From positions 62,001 through 126,000 of the forward strand of contig BAAIJX010000019.1 in NCBI GenBank assembly GCA_054600435.1: a stretch of 64,000 nucleotides of DNA. Direction: 5' to 3'. This document shows positions 46,583 through 59,401 of this stretch, piece after piece. This DNA comes from Neophaeotheca triangularis (lineage: Eukaryota). Position 1 is the first letter of the stretch; each line of letters begins with the position of its first letter. The position numbers were made by a program, and so were the translations under genes. The notes beneath the pieces are model-generated. The model made no database searches. It saw only the letters and a program-made list of their open reading frames with translations, and had not been told where the DNA came from.

Positions 46583-48567
46583 TGTTATTGGTGTGATTTG
46601 TAGAGGAGGATTCAATGGGTTGCGGTGGTGGTGATGGGTGGTTTTGCAGAGGACTGTCTGGAGTGGGGAGGAAATGTCAGTTCAGATGGTGAATGGTGGA
46701 TGGTGGTGAGAAAGGTGAGGTAAGGTAGGTTAGGTAGGGAGGTAGGTAGAGGTGAAGATGTTGCTTTGGGGATCCGACTTTCGCGTGTTGCAGGGATGCT
46801 GCTTCTGCTAACTTTGGAGCTCTGGGGGACCTCGGGAGCTTGCGAAAAAAAAGGTCCGATGATGATTTGCAGAATTGGGTATGTGTTTGTTGGGGGATTC
46901 TTACTGGAGGCGAAGGGGGGTTGTTGTGGTGGTATGGAGTGTGTCAAGGTGAAGAGAAGTGAGGTGAAGTAAGGTGAGGGTTGGTATGGTATGGCGAGAA
47001 TGGGTGGTGGGTGGTAAGGTAGTAGAAGAATGGGTCGAGGGATTTCTCAATGCGGTTGGAATTGGATCGACTGCGGTTGAGCTGTGATGAGCCGACCCTG
47101 GTTCTGGTTTTGGCTGCACAGACTGCAGGGGAGGGAGGGAGGGGTCAGTCAACGTTCCGGAGCCCGGCCGGCGGTACTCTGAGTCTGTTACCTACTAGTA
47201 GTGACTGTGTCTACCTACTCTACTTACTCTACCTTCCCCGTCCATTACTTCCATCATATCATCGACGCCATCATCACACACCCGACACTTTCCATTTCCA
47301 TTTCCATTTGCGACGAGAGGAGACCCGTTCCCCGTTCCCTCAACTCTCCATTGCTATACCTACCTACATACCTCATTAGTTTTTTTTTATCTCTTGATTA
47401 CCTGAGAGCTGGCGTGGTAGCAGTAAGTTACAAGCTGCGACTTGATACTGTCATGACTACTACATGAAACGTAGTAGGAAGGATAGTTTAGGTAGTTTTA
47501 GGTGCGACTGATGCTATAATAAGTTTGAAAGGTGCAGGTGGTTTTGTCGTCAGTAGTACAGTACTACTGGTAAGGTTGAATGGAAACATTGTCATGTCCA
47601 TACTATCATCGTCTCGTCTACTACTGTACTGTACTACTGTACTGTAGAGTACTACTATCATATATGTCTGTTGTCTGTTCTTGATCGGCTTCCACTGTTC
47701 TTCGGGGAAATGCAGGCGGGAGGCTCGGCGGCGCTAGTCGGCCCAGGGACCGCTTCAACAAGATCTACTACTAATACTAATACTAGTACTAGTAGGTAGT
47801 ACTAGTACTGCTACTGTATGTAGAAGCCATTGAACATTCCCAACTCAATCATCCGGCAATCAACACTTACCTTACTTGCACTTCCTGCTTCATTATTGAC
47901 ACGACATACACACCACTCACTACTCACTCCCCACTACTCACTACTCACTACTCACTACTCACTACCCGCCACTCACCACTCTTCACATCCAACCTCTTCC
48001 TTCATCAAGCCTTTAATCTTCCTTCACCTGAATCAGCCAACCAACACAAGTAAGCTTTTCCCCAGCTGTGCCGACCGTGTACCAGCTTTTTTTTATCTTC
48101 TACCCGACCGACCCTTCCAAACGGACCCCCGAATCCGTGCACCTTCGGACTAGGAGTCTAGGTGTTATTCAAGGCCCCATCCATTGCCCTACACATCCCC
48201 ATAATAGTACTACTATCTACTGTTAAGTGCGCCGGAAGAGTCAAGACTCAAGACTCAAGAGGGTAGAGGGAAAAAAAAAACCGTACGATACCTCCCGAAA
48301 TAGGAGTCCACCCTCATCCGCCATTCGCAGCCCCAATCCCACCTCAATCTCATCAATCCCACTCAATCAATCCCAGTCCCCCTCCGACACAGCTCCCCCT
48401 CTCTAGCTTGACCGCTTCACCACCACCTCCTCCTCCTCCTCCTCCTCCCATCATCTACCATACACCACTCAGCTCACCTCAACCCCAATCTTTGACACCG
48501 TACCAATCGCTTACACCACCAGCTCGCTCACTACCACTGAAGACACAACCCTACCACAACCCTCAAC

Positions 48568-50171
48568 ATGTCCGCAAAGTCCATCCTCGAGGCCGACGGC
48601 AAGGCCATTCTCAACTACCACCTCACCCGCGCCCCCGTCATCAAGCCAACTCCCCTCCCCGCCCAAGCTTCCCACAACCCTCCCGCCAGACTCGCCACCA
48701 TCAACTTCCCCGAAGGCGCCGACGTCAAGGGCGTGCTCGACCAGGCCGAAACCACCTACCCATTCCTCCTCCAGAAAGATGCAAAGTTCGTTGCCAAACC
48801 AGACATGCTCATCAAGCGACGAGGAAAGTCTGGTCTCCTCAAGCTGAACGCTACATGGCCAGAGGCGAGAGCGTGGATTGAAGAGCGTGCCGCAAAGGTG
48901 CAAAAGGTCGAGACTGTTGAGGGTGTGCTGAGGAACTTCCTCGTTGAGCCCTTTGTGCCTCACCCTCAAGACACCGAATACTACATCAACATCAACTCCG
49001 TCCGTGAGGTAGGTAGATAGACAGCAACGCGCCGCAACCAAAATACCCCCATCACTAACACAATCCCACCCCAGGGCGACTGGATCCTCTTCACCCACGA
49101 GGGTGGTGTGGACGTTGGTGATGTCGACGAGAAGGCTGAGAAGATCTTGATCCCCGTCGACCTCAGCGAATACCCAACCAACGAGCAAATTGCCTCCACA
49201 CTTCTTTCAAAGGTCCCCAAGGGCGTACACAACGTTCTCGTTGACTTCATCTCCCGCCTGTACGCCGTCTACGTCGACTGCCAATTCACCTACCTCGAAA
49301 TCAACCCCTTGGTCGTCATCCCCAACGCCGATGCCACCTCCGCCGACGTTCACTTCCTCGACCTGGCAGCCAAGCTCGACCAAACCGCCGAGTTCGAATG
49401 CGGTGTCAAGTGGGCCGTCGCCCGCGCGCCCCGCGAATTGGGCATCCCCACCCCTCCCACTGCTGTTTCCGGCGGCAAAATCAGCATCGACGCCGGCCCC
49501 CCAATGGAATTTCCCGCCCCCTTTGGCCGCGAAATGAGCAAAGAGGAAGCCTACATTTCCGAAATGGACGCCAAGACGGGCGCATCCCTCAAGCTCACCA
49601 TCCTCAACAGCCAGGGCCGCGTTTGGACTCTGGTTGCCGGTGGTGGTGCTTCGGTCGTCTACGCCGACGCCATTGCCAGCGCCGGTTTCGCTTCCGAGCT
49701 TGCAAACTACGGCGAGTACTCGGGCGCTCCTACCGAGACGCAGACTTTCCACTACGCTCGCACCGTCTTTGACCTCATGTTGCGCGCGCCCCAGCACCCA
49801 GAGGGCAAGGTCCTGTTCATTGGCGGCGGTATCGCCAACTTTACCAACGTGAGTTGCGTTCCCTAATTCCCCCACCCAACAGAATCACCCCTCAACTAAC
49901 CCCCCTTCTCCTTTAGGTCGCCTCAACCTTCAAAGGCGTCATCCGCGCCCTTCGCGAAGTCGCGCCGCTTCTCATCGAGCACAAGGTGCAAATCTGGGTC
50001 CGTCGCGCCGGCCCCAACTACCAAGAGGGCCTCAAAAACATTAAAGCTGTCGGTTCCGAACTGGGCCTGGATATGCACGTTTTTGGGCCTGAAATGCACG
50101 TCAGTGGTATCGTTCCTCTCGCGCTCGTGCCAGGCAAGTACCATGCTGGCATTCGGGAGTTTGAGGGGTAG
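48568..50171 (+). CDS. ACL2: ATP-citrate lyase subunit 2 (ATP-grasp/citrate-binding part); exons 48568-49008, 49075-49848, 49917-50171
   Basis: [64 protein letters not shown]. Confidence 0.97.
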
Positions 50172-50467
50172 ATGTGTTGAGTGAGGAGGTGTGTGTGTGT
50201 GGGTTTGAGGAAAGATGGGAGTGGGCTAGTGTTTGTGTCGTAGGTTTGTAGGGTGTGTCAGTGTGTTGTTGTAAGAGGACTTGGGTCGTAGCTGTAGCCG
50301 TCTGCACGAGGATGAAGATTGCCATGATTTTCTGTTTTCCTTTTTTGGTCGCTTCTATAGATGAATAATCCTTTATTTCTTAACTACAATTCCCTCTTAT
50401 ATCTCCTCTCCTTCCCTTCTTCCTTACCTTACCCTCTCCTCATAGTCTTTGCTCCCTACTTTACTAA

Positions 50468-51080
50468 TTCCCTAATAAAAGTACCTCTACCTATCTACTA
50501 ACCTATCTAGCTTAACTATGTGTCTAACCTACTAACCTATCCTACGCCCTACCTACCTATATATCTAACTACCTACCTACCTACATACCTACCTACTTAC
50601 CTACCTACCTACCTATCTACCTACCTACATATAACTATAGTATCCGTCGAAATTCCCTAATAAAAGTACCTACCTCTACCTATCTACTAACCTATCTAGC
50701 TTAACTATAAGTCTAACTTACTAACCTATCCTACGCCTTACCTACCTACCTACCTACCTACCTATAACTACTATCTCCGTCGAAATTACCTAACAAAAAT
50801 ACCTACCTCTACCTATATACTAACCTATCTAGCTTAACTATAAGTCTAACTTACTAACCTAACCTACTAACCTAACCTATGCCTTACCTACCTACCTATT
50901 ACGACTATATCTGTCGAACTTCCCTAACAAAAGTACTTCTACCTATCTACTAACTATCTAGCTTAACTATAAGTCTAACCTACTAATCTATCCTACGCCT
51001 TACCTACCTATATATCTACCTACCTACCTATCTACCTACCTATCTACCTACCTAGCTATAACTACCGTCTCCGTCGAAAT
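50468..51080. repeat. Four-unit minisatellite (units ~185, 133, 134 and ~160 bp) with internal (ACCT)n length variation
   Basis: Unit starts TT(C/A)CCTAA(T/C)AAAA at 50468, 50653, 50786 and 50920; shared core CTATCTAGCTTAACTAT..GTCTAAC; each unit ends in (C/T)GTCGAA. Confidence 0.9.
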
Positions 51081-51269
51081 AACTACCGACCGCGCGAGAC
51101 TATGGATATATTACTTACAGACTTCCTTGCTTACTTAACTACTTATCTAGACACTCCTAAGGTCTACCCGCCCGTCCCCTACGACCGACCTCGTTTGTTC
51201 GTCCGTTCGCTTCTTTCTCCCCTCGCGCTTCCTCCCCTCCCTGTCCTTTCGTTTAGTTTCCTTCATTTT

Positions 51270-51326
51270 CCTTCCCTTCCCTTCCCTTCCCTTCCCTTCC
51301 CTCCCCTTCCCTTCCCTTCCCTTCCT
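51270..51326. repeat. (CTTCC)n pentanucleotide microsatellite
   Basis: About 11 units. Confidence 0.9.
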
Positions 51327-52441
51327 TAGAGGTACAGGTAAAGGCAGAGTGCGCACGCCGTCTTATCGCGTACTACGGGGCCGTGTACTGTGCTTTTATG
51401 CGCTGAGCTGACATTGGAGCATGGCTGGCTAGCTGGCTGGCTGGCTGGCTGCGGTTCGCTGTAGCGTGGTGTAGTGTGTTATTCTATCCTAAGTACTACT
51501 AATTAAGCTACGACTCGCACCGCTCGCACCGCTCGCACCCGAGCGAACGAGCGAACGAGCGAACTAACGTCCGAGCGAAGCGTGCAGGTGCCGTTGTCTC
51601 CTCTCCTTGATTGAGCTCGCGTTGGCGGTCTTCCGCGGCTGTTTTAATCGTTAGAAAGGCGGGTAGAGGGGGTTGGAAACTCCTACCCGCTTGTTGCGAG
51701 GGCTACTTACAGTACTTACTTACTTACCTTACTACCCACTTGCCATAGTACTGGCTGGCTGGCTGGTTGGCCGACGCCGCAGAGAAAAAGGGGCAGGCAG
51801 GTCTTGCGTCTGAGCCGTGCTTCCACGGTCCAGGTTGGTGCGACCCGTCAGTTGCAAGAGTGGCGAGGGTTTGGGCTGAGCTAGCGGTCAGAGCTTGGCG
51901 GAACTCGACTACCTTGACCTAACCGCGCGAGGAAGGTCGAATGGGGTGCACGGGTTTTTGGGGCGATTGGCTTTAGAGCGGACGCGAGGGTTTGGGATGA
52001 GGTCTTGGAGCAGTGTGTATCCGCCAGCTGGGTTCGGTGAAGTTGATTTTCTTCGTTTTTACTTGCCTGTTGTCGCTGGAGGGTGGACGCCGGAAATATG
52101 GGCGGCGGGATGTGGACGTGGGGGGGCCGGTCGGGTGGAGACTGGGTTGGTTGGTTAGGTCTGTAGTTTGTATTGGTATAGGGAGAACGGGCGGCTATCG
52201 CTCTGTGGACATGGTCTTTTTGCCTGCTTTCGACCGCAAACACCAAATCACCGTTTGGCAAGCTAATGTAGACCGCCGTTGCGACATTGCTAGAGAGAAA
52301 ACATCGCAACGTCGTTTGTGCCCCCAACCAAGACCTATGACAGCTGCAACTCCCGTCACCAACAACTCTATCGATTCTTCCGTTTCCGATTGCCAAAACT
52401 ATCCGCCTACCAAATATATATCCAAATAAACTACCGCAATC

Positions 52442-54167
52442 CTACGCAACTACATACGCCCCCTCTCCGTCCCCAAACAGCACCCCCGGCATGCGTTCAG
52501 CCAAATCCAAAACCGTCTGTGCAAAAACTGAATTCGCCCAAGCGAACCAACTTCGCGTGTAAACCGCCACTCTCTGCACATTCACACTCTCATGGATCAA
52601 ACCCAACGGGCTGGCTTTCTTGACTTTTTCCAACAGCATGCTCACCTCGGCCTCGTCGGTGGAAGTCATGGCTTGCACGAGGAGAGACATGGGCCAAGCG
52701 TTCTGGAGTCCGATGTGCGGTCCGCCAATTCCGGAGAAGGAGTGACCGGTCAGGTAGTATGGGTTTGTTTGCGAGGAGAGCACGAGGGTGCGAGTGTTTT
52801 GGTAGGTTGGGTCCGAGACGGGGAGGAAGCCTAAGAGGGGCAGGGAGAGGAGCGAGGGGAGGTTGGCGTCGTCCATGAGGATCGCGCTGCCGTAGCCGTC
52901 GACTTCGAAGGCGAAGACGGGGCCGTGGGTCTTGTGCGTTACCACGCCGTGTTCCCAGATTCCCGCTGTGATTTTTTCGGACCGCGTGAGCAGGTTTTGC
53001 GCGAGTTTGGTGCGCGAAGTGGTGCTGGAGAGGAGGTTGGCTGTGCGTTGCAGTTCGACTGCCATCATGGCGTTGCCCGGGATGAAGAAGCCGAGGATTG
53101 TTGCGTCGTCGCTGGGCCGGAAGGCGGAGCGGATTAGTCCCGTGCCGTGGTTGAGCGGGTTGCCTTGGCCGTTGAGGTTGAGGGTTTCGGTGCCGGCGTC
53201 GGTGCGGCGGCGGAAGGTATAGGTTTGGCCTTCGAAGGCGCCGGTTTTGGCGTTGAAGGTTGGACGGCTTTGCTCGTCGAGGACTTGGAGGAGCGTCTCG
53301 AGGGCCGTGTACCAGCGGGGGTTTAGGAAATTTGTGCTGCCAGTGTGGTTGTGGAAGTCGTTTGTGAGTTTGAGGAAGTGCGCGAGGCTGTCCACTTCGT
53401 ATTTGCATTCGAACACTCGGCTGGGTTCGTAGGCTGGGTGGACGGTGTCGCCTTGCCCGTTGTCGCTGGGTTTGAGTTTTGAAGGGGGAGGGGGTTGGAA
53501 GGCGTTGCAATAGGGGGATTCAATGACGAATTCGGCTTGCGTGTTGATGGCGCCGAGGATTAGGTTTTCTATCTTGCTGTCTTTCTTCGCCAGCCGTTGG
53601 TATTGCGCTAGCTGGTTGGTGCTGTCTCGTAGCCATTCTGCATTGATATCTCCCGTCACTATGAAGCTCTGAGGTCCTTGCCATGCATCCTCTGAGGCGT
53701 GTCTGCTGCCATGGAAACGCTGCTTCTTTTCCGTCTCCGTCCCATCTACGTGCCATCGTACGGTCGTGTCCAGCGTATTGGGGAAGGCATTCTCGAATAT
53801 GCGCGCCAGGTCTTGATCCACCATCCTCTCATTCATATCCTGTATTGTCTTCTCCACAAGAGGCGAATCGAATGTCCGGCATTGTTTCGCGGGTCTTTGA
53901 AAGGGTAGCGCCATGTCCCCCGAGCTATAAGGTGTGCTATGCGCCTGTTAGCTGCCTGTTGAGCTGTGTCTTGCCTTGTTGTTCGACGCACTGGGGGTAT
54001 TTGGCATAGTGCTCGTATGCTGGACATGCTGCTAAATATTTCGCCTTTGTCTTTGGGTCCATCAAGGGATCTTGATTCCCATCACCCTTGCTGTCGCCCA
54101 GGCAGTATGTATAATCGAAGCATAGCCCCGCCAGCACTATCAGTGCCGCAGTCGAAGGCGCCTTCAT
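52442..54167 (-). CDS. Secreted GH125/DUF1237 (Mug157-like) glycoside hydrolase, putative exo-alpha-1,6-mannosidase; exons 54167-53992, 53936-52442
   Basis: Signal peptide; FENAFPNTLDTT, TGDINAEWLRDS, FECKYEVDSL, SAFRPSDDA, MDDANLPSLL, WFAWANSVF. Confidence 0.9.
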
Positions 54168-54916
54168 AGTGATGTGGGGCGTTCGATTCTACGGATCGTT
54201 TGAGTACAACCAGTTTCTTGCCAGTTGTCAAATTGAAGAACCAGCCAGTGGCAGTCGTTGGAATGTAGTCATGAGTAGTAGTTGATGGAGCAAGGACGAG
54301 GTGAAGTTGCAAGCCGACCCGATTGGGAAAGTGGAGCCTGCTTGCTTGACTTCTACAGATACTTTGGTTGGAGTTGTTCGGCACCTCATACAGACAGGCC
54401 TGTCATTTTATACGAAGGTGGAACTAAACATACATGATACAGAGGGAAGCTCCAAGTGGCACAGGTACTGTAAATAGCTAGGTCCATTGAATACATCAAC
54501 TCTAATGTTCAGTTGATTTTACAGGCTTCTTCTTGTAAACCATTATCGTTACAATGCTAAAGTACCTCGTACTGTAAGACTCACTTAAGCAACCCATTGA
54601 CAGGACCACGCCCCACGCCTTTAATTTCCACGGAATACGCAAAACACAAAAGAAATTCCTAATGGAGGATAAACCCCAGCCCAGATATACTAAGGGATTC
54701 AGACGGCAGGGTTGGAGTTGGAGTAGCACATTAAATAGGGGAAAGAAAACGCGGTAACTACGAAATCCAGAAGCAGCAACCTCTCCTCGAAGCCAAGAAA
54801 GTAGGTAGCTGAAGAATAAGGAACGCGACCCTCAGACCAGTGATTCGGCGCATGACGAGACCAAAGCAAGACCACAACCCGAAGCATCCCCTCGGCCCAC
54901 ACGCGCGGAAATGTTC

Positions 54917-56986
54917 TCACCAACGACGCCTACTCCGAAAAAGTCAGCAACCACCCTCTCAAAATCGAAATTCAGGAGGAGAAAAGGAGCTTATCCTTAC
55001 CCATAAGCAGCATGAATCTTTGGCTGCCGACGAAACTGCATCTTCGATGGCGGCGTTGGCGCAGTCTCAACACTCTGCTTCACATCGCCACCACCACCAC
55101 CACCACCACCAGCCATTGATCCATCCAACCCCAACTGCTCTTCTTCGATCTCCTCTAGTGCGCGTTTCCGGCTCTCAAAGTGCTCGTCACCCTGCTGCTG
55201 ATTCTTTGCGCGCGGCGTGGCTTCCAGGTCTAGTTGCGCGGGTTCAAAATCGGAGCCTGCGGCTGTGTGCTGGGATTGCGAAGAGTGCGGGCGGGATTGG
55301 GCGTAGCCGTTGACGCGCCAGGGGTCGAGGGGGGAAGGCGAGCGGTTGGTCTGTTCGGGCGGCGGGGGTGGGGGCGGGAAGCGCGCGTTGTAGCCGTGGA
55401 AGACCGAGTGGACGGAGTTGCTGCGGCTGTTGTTGTGGGTGCTGTTGTGGTTGTTCTCCGGAGCGGCGGAGTTTTCGCGGCTGGCAGAGGGGCGTGCGGG
55501 GTCCGGGGTCGGGTAGAGGGTTTGGGGGGAACCGGTGACGCCAAGCGCCGCGAGGATGTCTTCTTGCGCTTGGTCGCGGTCTTTGAGGGCTGGGAGAATT
55601 TGGGGCCGCGAGTACTTGCTTGGGGAGCCTGGGGCTTGGGAGCTTGTGCGGGAGTGGCTGCGGGCGTGGGATGAGGCGCTAGCGTGGCTATTGCGTCGGC
55701 TATAATGCAGGGAGTGATCGAGATGGTTTAGCATATCGGTTTGTGCTTGAGGACGGCCATAGTGGTTGTTAGTTTTGCCGGGCTGTCTGGGTGTAACATC
55801 ATCGTCCAGTTCCATGTCCCTTCTATCTGCGCCGGCAGCAGCTTGAGAGGAGGGAGTGGCACTCCTAGAAGATGCTGCAGACATGCTCGGAGTAGAGGAT
55901 TGCTCTCGCGCGTACCAGCCCGGGTCATGGCGGTACCTGTAGGTAGCAAGAAGTTCGGGCATGCGGACGATGTTGGTGGACACTGCTGGGAAGGTAGTAA
56001 ACATTAGATCATTCTTGGCTTCGGACCATCGTCCTGTCTGCCTAACATTCTGCAAATTTTCGTCGAGCTTCGCCTTGGTGAAGTAGTCCGAGACGCACTC
56101 GTCGTCTAGTGGGTGTGGCACTCGCGGCGCCACTACCTCCACTTCAGCTTCCTTCCACGTCGACGGCAAGGCGCGTTTGACCGGCTCAGCGTAATGCGCC
56201 TCAATCATGCCAAGGCTTAGTGAGCCATCGATCAAGTCAGGATGACGCGAAAAGTAACACTCCGCAGTGAACTCGTTCGTATCTTCGTCTTCAACGTCTT
56301 CAGGTGGCATGTCGTCTCCGTTCCCATCCAACAAAGGTCCCGGGGTGACAGAAGCATGTCTGTGATGTTGCGAAGGTACTGAGTTGTGTCGACTGTGCTG
56401 ATGCTGATGGTTTACTGTCGAACCTGATGGCGGCGCAGGAGTGGATGAAGGAGGGACAGAAGGTGGCGCTTGCCAAGCAACAGGTGGCTGCGGTGTTTCA
56501 GAATAGACAGGTTGACCTGCTGGAGTGGGATACTGGTAGCCATACTGAGGATGTTGCGGAGGATATCCAGGGTATTGTGGAGGTGGGTAGGTTTGAGGAT
56601 ATTGCGGAGGATAGCCTGGGTGACTGTATTGGCCATACGGATGCGGTTGTGAGCCATAAGGAGCCGGTGGCCAGCCAGGCGGAGATTGGTGAGCCGGGGG
56701 TTGATTAGGCGGCTGAGCTTGGCCTTTGTATCCAGGAGGTGGTGCGTAGCGCGTGATTACCATACCTCCGCCGGTTTTCGCCTTTTTAGCAGGTGGTTGC
56801 CTAGCGTGAGTGTCAGAAAACGTCGATTTTCAAGTGGAAGGTACCTGGCCCGCTGTAGGACAGTTCAGACACTAACCCGTAAGGCTGCTGATTTTGGTAA
56901 AATCCATTGTGGGCGTGTTGCTGCTGCTGCTGCTGACCGTATTGTTGCGTCTGATATGCGGCATGTGCCTGGGCGTATGGATCCAT
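54917..56986 (-). CDS. Pro/Gln/Tyr-rich hypothetical protein of a conserved fungal type; exons 56986-56877, 56800-55001, 54929-54917
   Basis: Two frame-consistent introns; N-terminal PPAKKAK...VITRYAPPPGY; QEDILAALGVTG; spliced C-terminus RRQPKIHAAYGRRW*. Confidence 0.75.
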
Positions 56987-57918
56987 GATTGTCTTTCAGT
57001 CTTGACAAATAGAAGATGCCTCTAGAAAGGGACAGTTTGACGAGAAAGAAATCAGTGCAGCATGAATGCCTTACTGCGGAAAAGTCGAAGTGGGAGATGA
57101 TGTGATTCTTTTGCAGCAAGAAGAGAGGTCTCGAGAAATTGCAACTCGACGAGAAGGAGATAGATTGAGCGTTGCTTGTCTTTTCTTCTTGCGGCCTTGC
57201 CGAATTTGAAAGGGCTGCAGGTTAGGATGAAGATAGTGTCTGTCACCTATTTGGCGGTGTTGGTGAAGTAGGCAGAGGCAGAGGCAGAGGTAGACGTAGT
57301 GGTAGTGGTAGTGGTAGTAATAGTACTACGTGAGGTTGCTGTGCGGAAGTAGCCGGACATTCGCAAAGGGATGCAGCTGATGGTGCGAATCACTCAAAAA
57401 GCGCAGTCCCCGCCGGCGTGCGTGTTGGTAGAGGAAGCATGCGGTAGTCAATGATTGACTGCCTGTATGCTCATCATCTTGGTGTATCGCAAAGAGGCTA
57501 TTAGGTCGGCGAGGCTGAAGTCAATACTACTGCAAAAAAGTAAGAAGAAGAAGTAGCACAACAAACAAGCCGGCCGACATATGCATGTCTACCGTCGTTG
57601 TCTCATCAGGAGAGCTTCGGTCGGACATGGATGCTGCCTTCGCGTAAATCATGTATTGCTGCCTCAGATTTCAGGCCACTTCAGCTCTACCTCGACTTCA
57701 CTACCTTCACCAGACGACTTCACGCTATCAAGCAGAGCATACATGGGTTGTACTTGTATGCGTTTTGGCCACGACATGTCTTGAATCCACTCCTTTTCTA
57801 CCTCTTCTCGACGATGCTGCCGTACATCCTCATCCACTCCTTGGTCTCCACTAGGAACCGCAACCGCATACCCTAGACACTCCCCCTTAGCCGACACCCG
57901 CTGAACTTTGGGCCAGAA

Positions 57919-59032
57919 ATGCCCGGCCTGCCGAGTGAGTTCACCTGTATAGGGAGTGTAGCCGCTAAAATCGAGCTAACACGCCTCCCAGCCAGCGTCG
58001 ACCTGGACGAATGCATAGCCCGACTCTACAAGAAGGAGCTGCTCGCCGAAAGTGTCATCGAAGCAATATGCGCCAAGACGAAAGAGCTGCTGATGAAAGA
58101 GAGCAATGTCGTACACATAGAAGCCCCCGTCACAGTGGTAGGCGACATACACGGCCAGTTCTTTGACATGATAGAGATATTCAAAATCGGCGGCTACTGT
58201 CCAGACACCAACTACCTCTTCCTAGGTACGTAAACCCTCAGTCACACAAGCACGTGCCGAAGACCATCCAAGTCCTGATCAGAACAAGACTAACACCCTA
58301 CCCAAATCTCCAGGTGACTATGTCGACCGCGGCCTCTTCTCCATCGAAACAATCTCCCTTCTCATCTGCCTCAAACTCCGCTACCCCTCGCGTGTACACT
58401 TAATCCGCGGTAACCACGAATCCCGCGGCGTAACCCAATCTTACGGCTTCTACACTGAATGCAGCCGCAAATACGGCAACGCAGCAGTCTGGCACCATTT
58501 TACGGACATGTTCGACTACCTCTCCCTCTCCTGCGTCATCGACGACCGCATCTTCTGCGTCCACGGCGGCTTATCTCCCTCCATCCACTCCATCGACCAA
58601 ATCAAAATCATAGACCGCTTCCGCGAAATCCCCCACGAGGGACCCATGGCGGATCTCGTTTGGAGCGACCCGGACGGCGAGCGCGATGAATTCTCCCTCA
58701 GCCCGCGCGGCGCTGGTTACACTTTTGGCGCGCAGGTGGTCAAGAAGTTCTTGGAAGTCAACGGCATGAACCACATACTACGCGCACACCAACTGTGCAA
58801 TGAGGGATACATGGTCATGTTTGATGATCGGCTGTCCACGGTCTGGTCAGCCCCCAACTATTGTTATAGGTGCGGCAACTTGGCTAGTGTGCTCGAGGTC
58901 GGGCCCGGTGGGGAGCGCAAGTGGAACGTTTTTGATGCTGCGCCTGAGAATGAGACGCATCGACTTGAGCAGCAGCAGCAGCAGCAGCAGCAACATGCTG
59001 GGAATGATCCTGTTAGGGATTACTTTCTTTGA
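57919..59032 (+). CDS. PPG1: PP2A-like Ser/Thr protein phosphatase Ppg1; exons 57919-57934, 57992-58225, 58314-59032
   Basis: GDIHGQ, GDYVDRG, RGNHE, CVHGGLSP, SPRGAGY, WSAPNYCYRCGN, C-terminal DYFL; N-terminus SVDLDECIARLYKKELL is Ppg1-type. Confidence 0.9.
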
Positions 59033-59401
59033 GGTCGCGGTGGGTGTGTGGATGGTGGCAGTATTAAGAGACGCTATGCATACGAACAAAACCAAGGGAA
59101 GGGGAGGCGTTCAGAGGCGCCAAGGGACATTTGTACCGGGGGCTCGATGTGCTTTAACTGTTTTGCAAATGAGATACCACTACGCGATGCAATGCATTCA
59201 GCGGTGCGGGGGTTTTCGCAGCTTCTGGTGGCTTCGCATGCGCATGGATGCCGAGCGTGAGCTTTGAATGGCATGAAGGGGTATATAGACGCATGCGTAT
59301 TGGCTTTGCGTCGTGTTTGCAGCATGTCTACAGTGCTTTTGAGATGGATGTGGGAGCTTGTTCTGGATTTTATTTGAGCAGTCTAGTCCGAAGCACCCAC
59401 A

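Noticed and set aside
50468..51080. Repeat-spacer-like periodicity suggesting a CRISPR array
   Set aside because: Eukaryotic context, no cas genes, and the intervening parts are homologous (ACCT)n sequence rather than unique spacers.
51881..52429. Overlapping 87-171-aa ORFs downstream of the GH125 gene
   Set aside because: No recognisable domains and mostly non-ATG starts; probably UTR or intergenic sequence.
25034..59032. TAP42 and its potential partner phosphatase PPG1 in the same window
   Set aside because: They are ~32 kb apart with many unrelated genes between; no evidence of a functional cluster.
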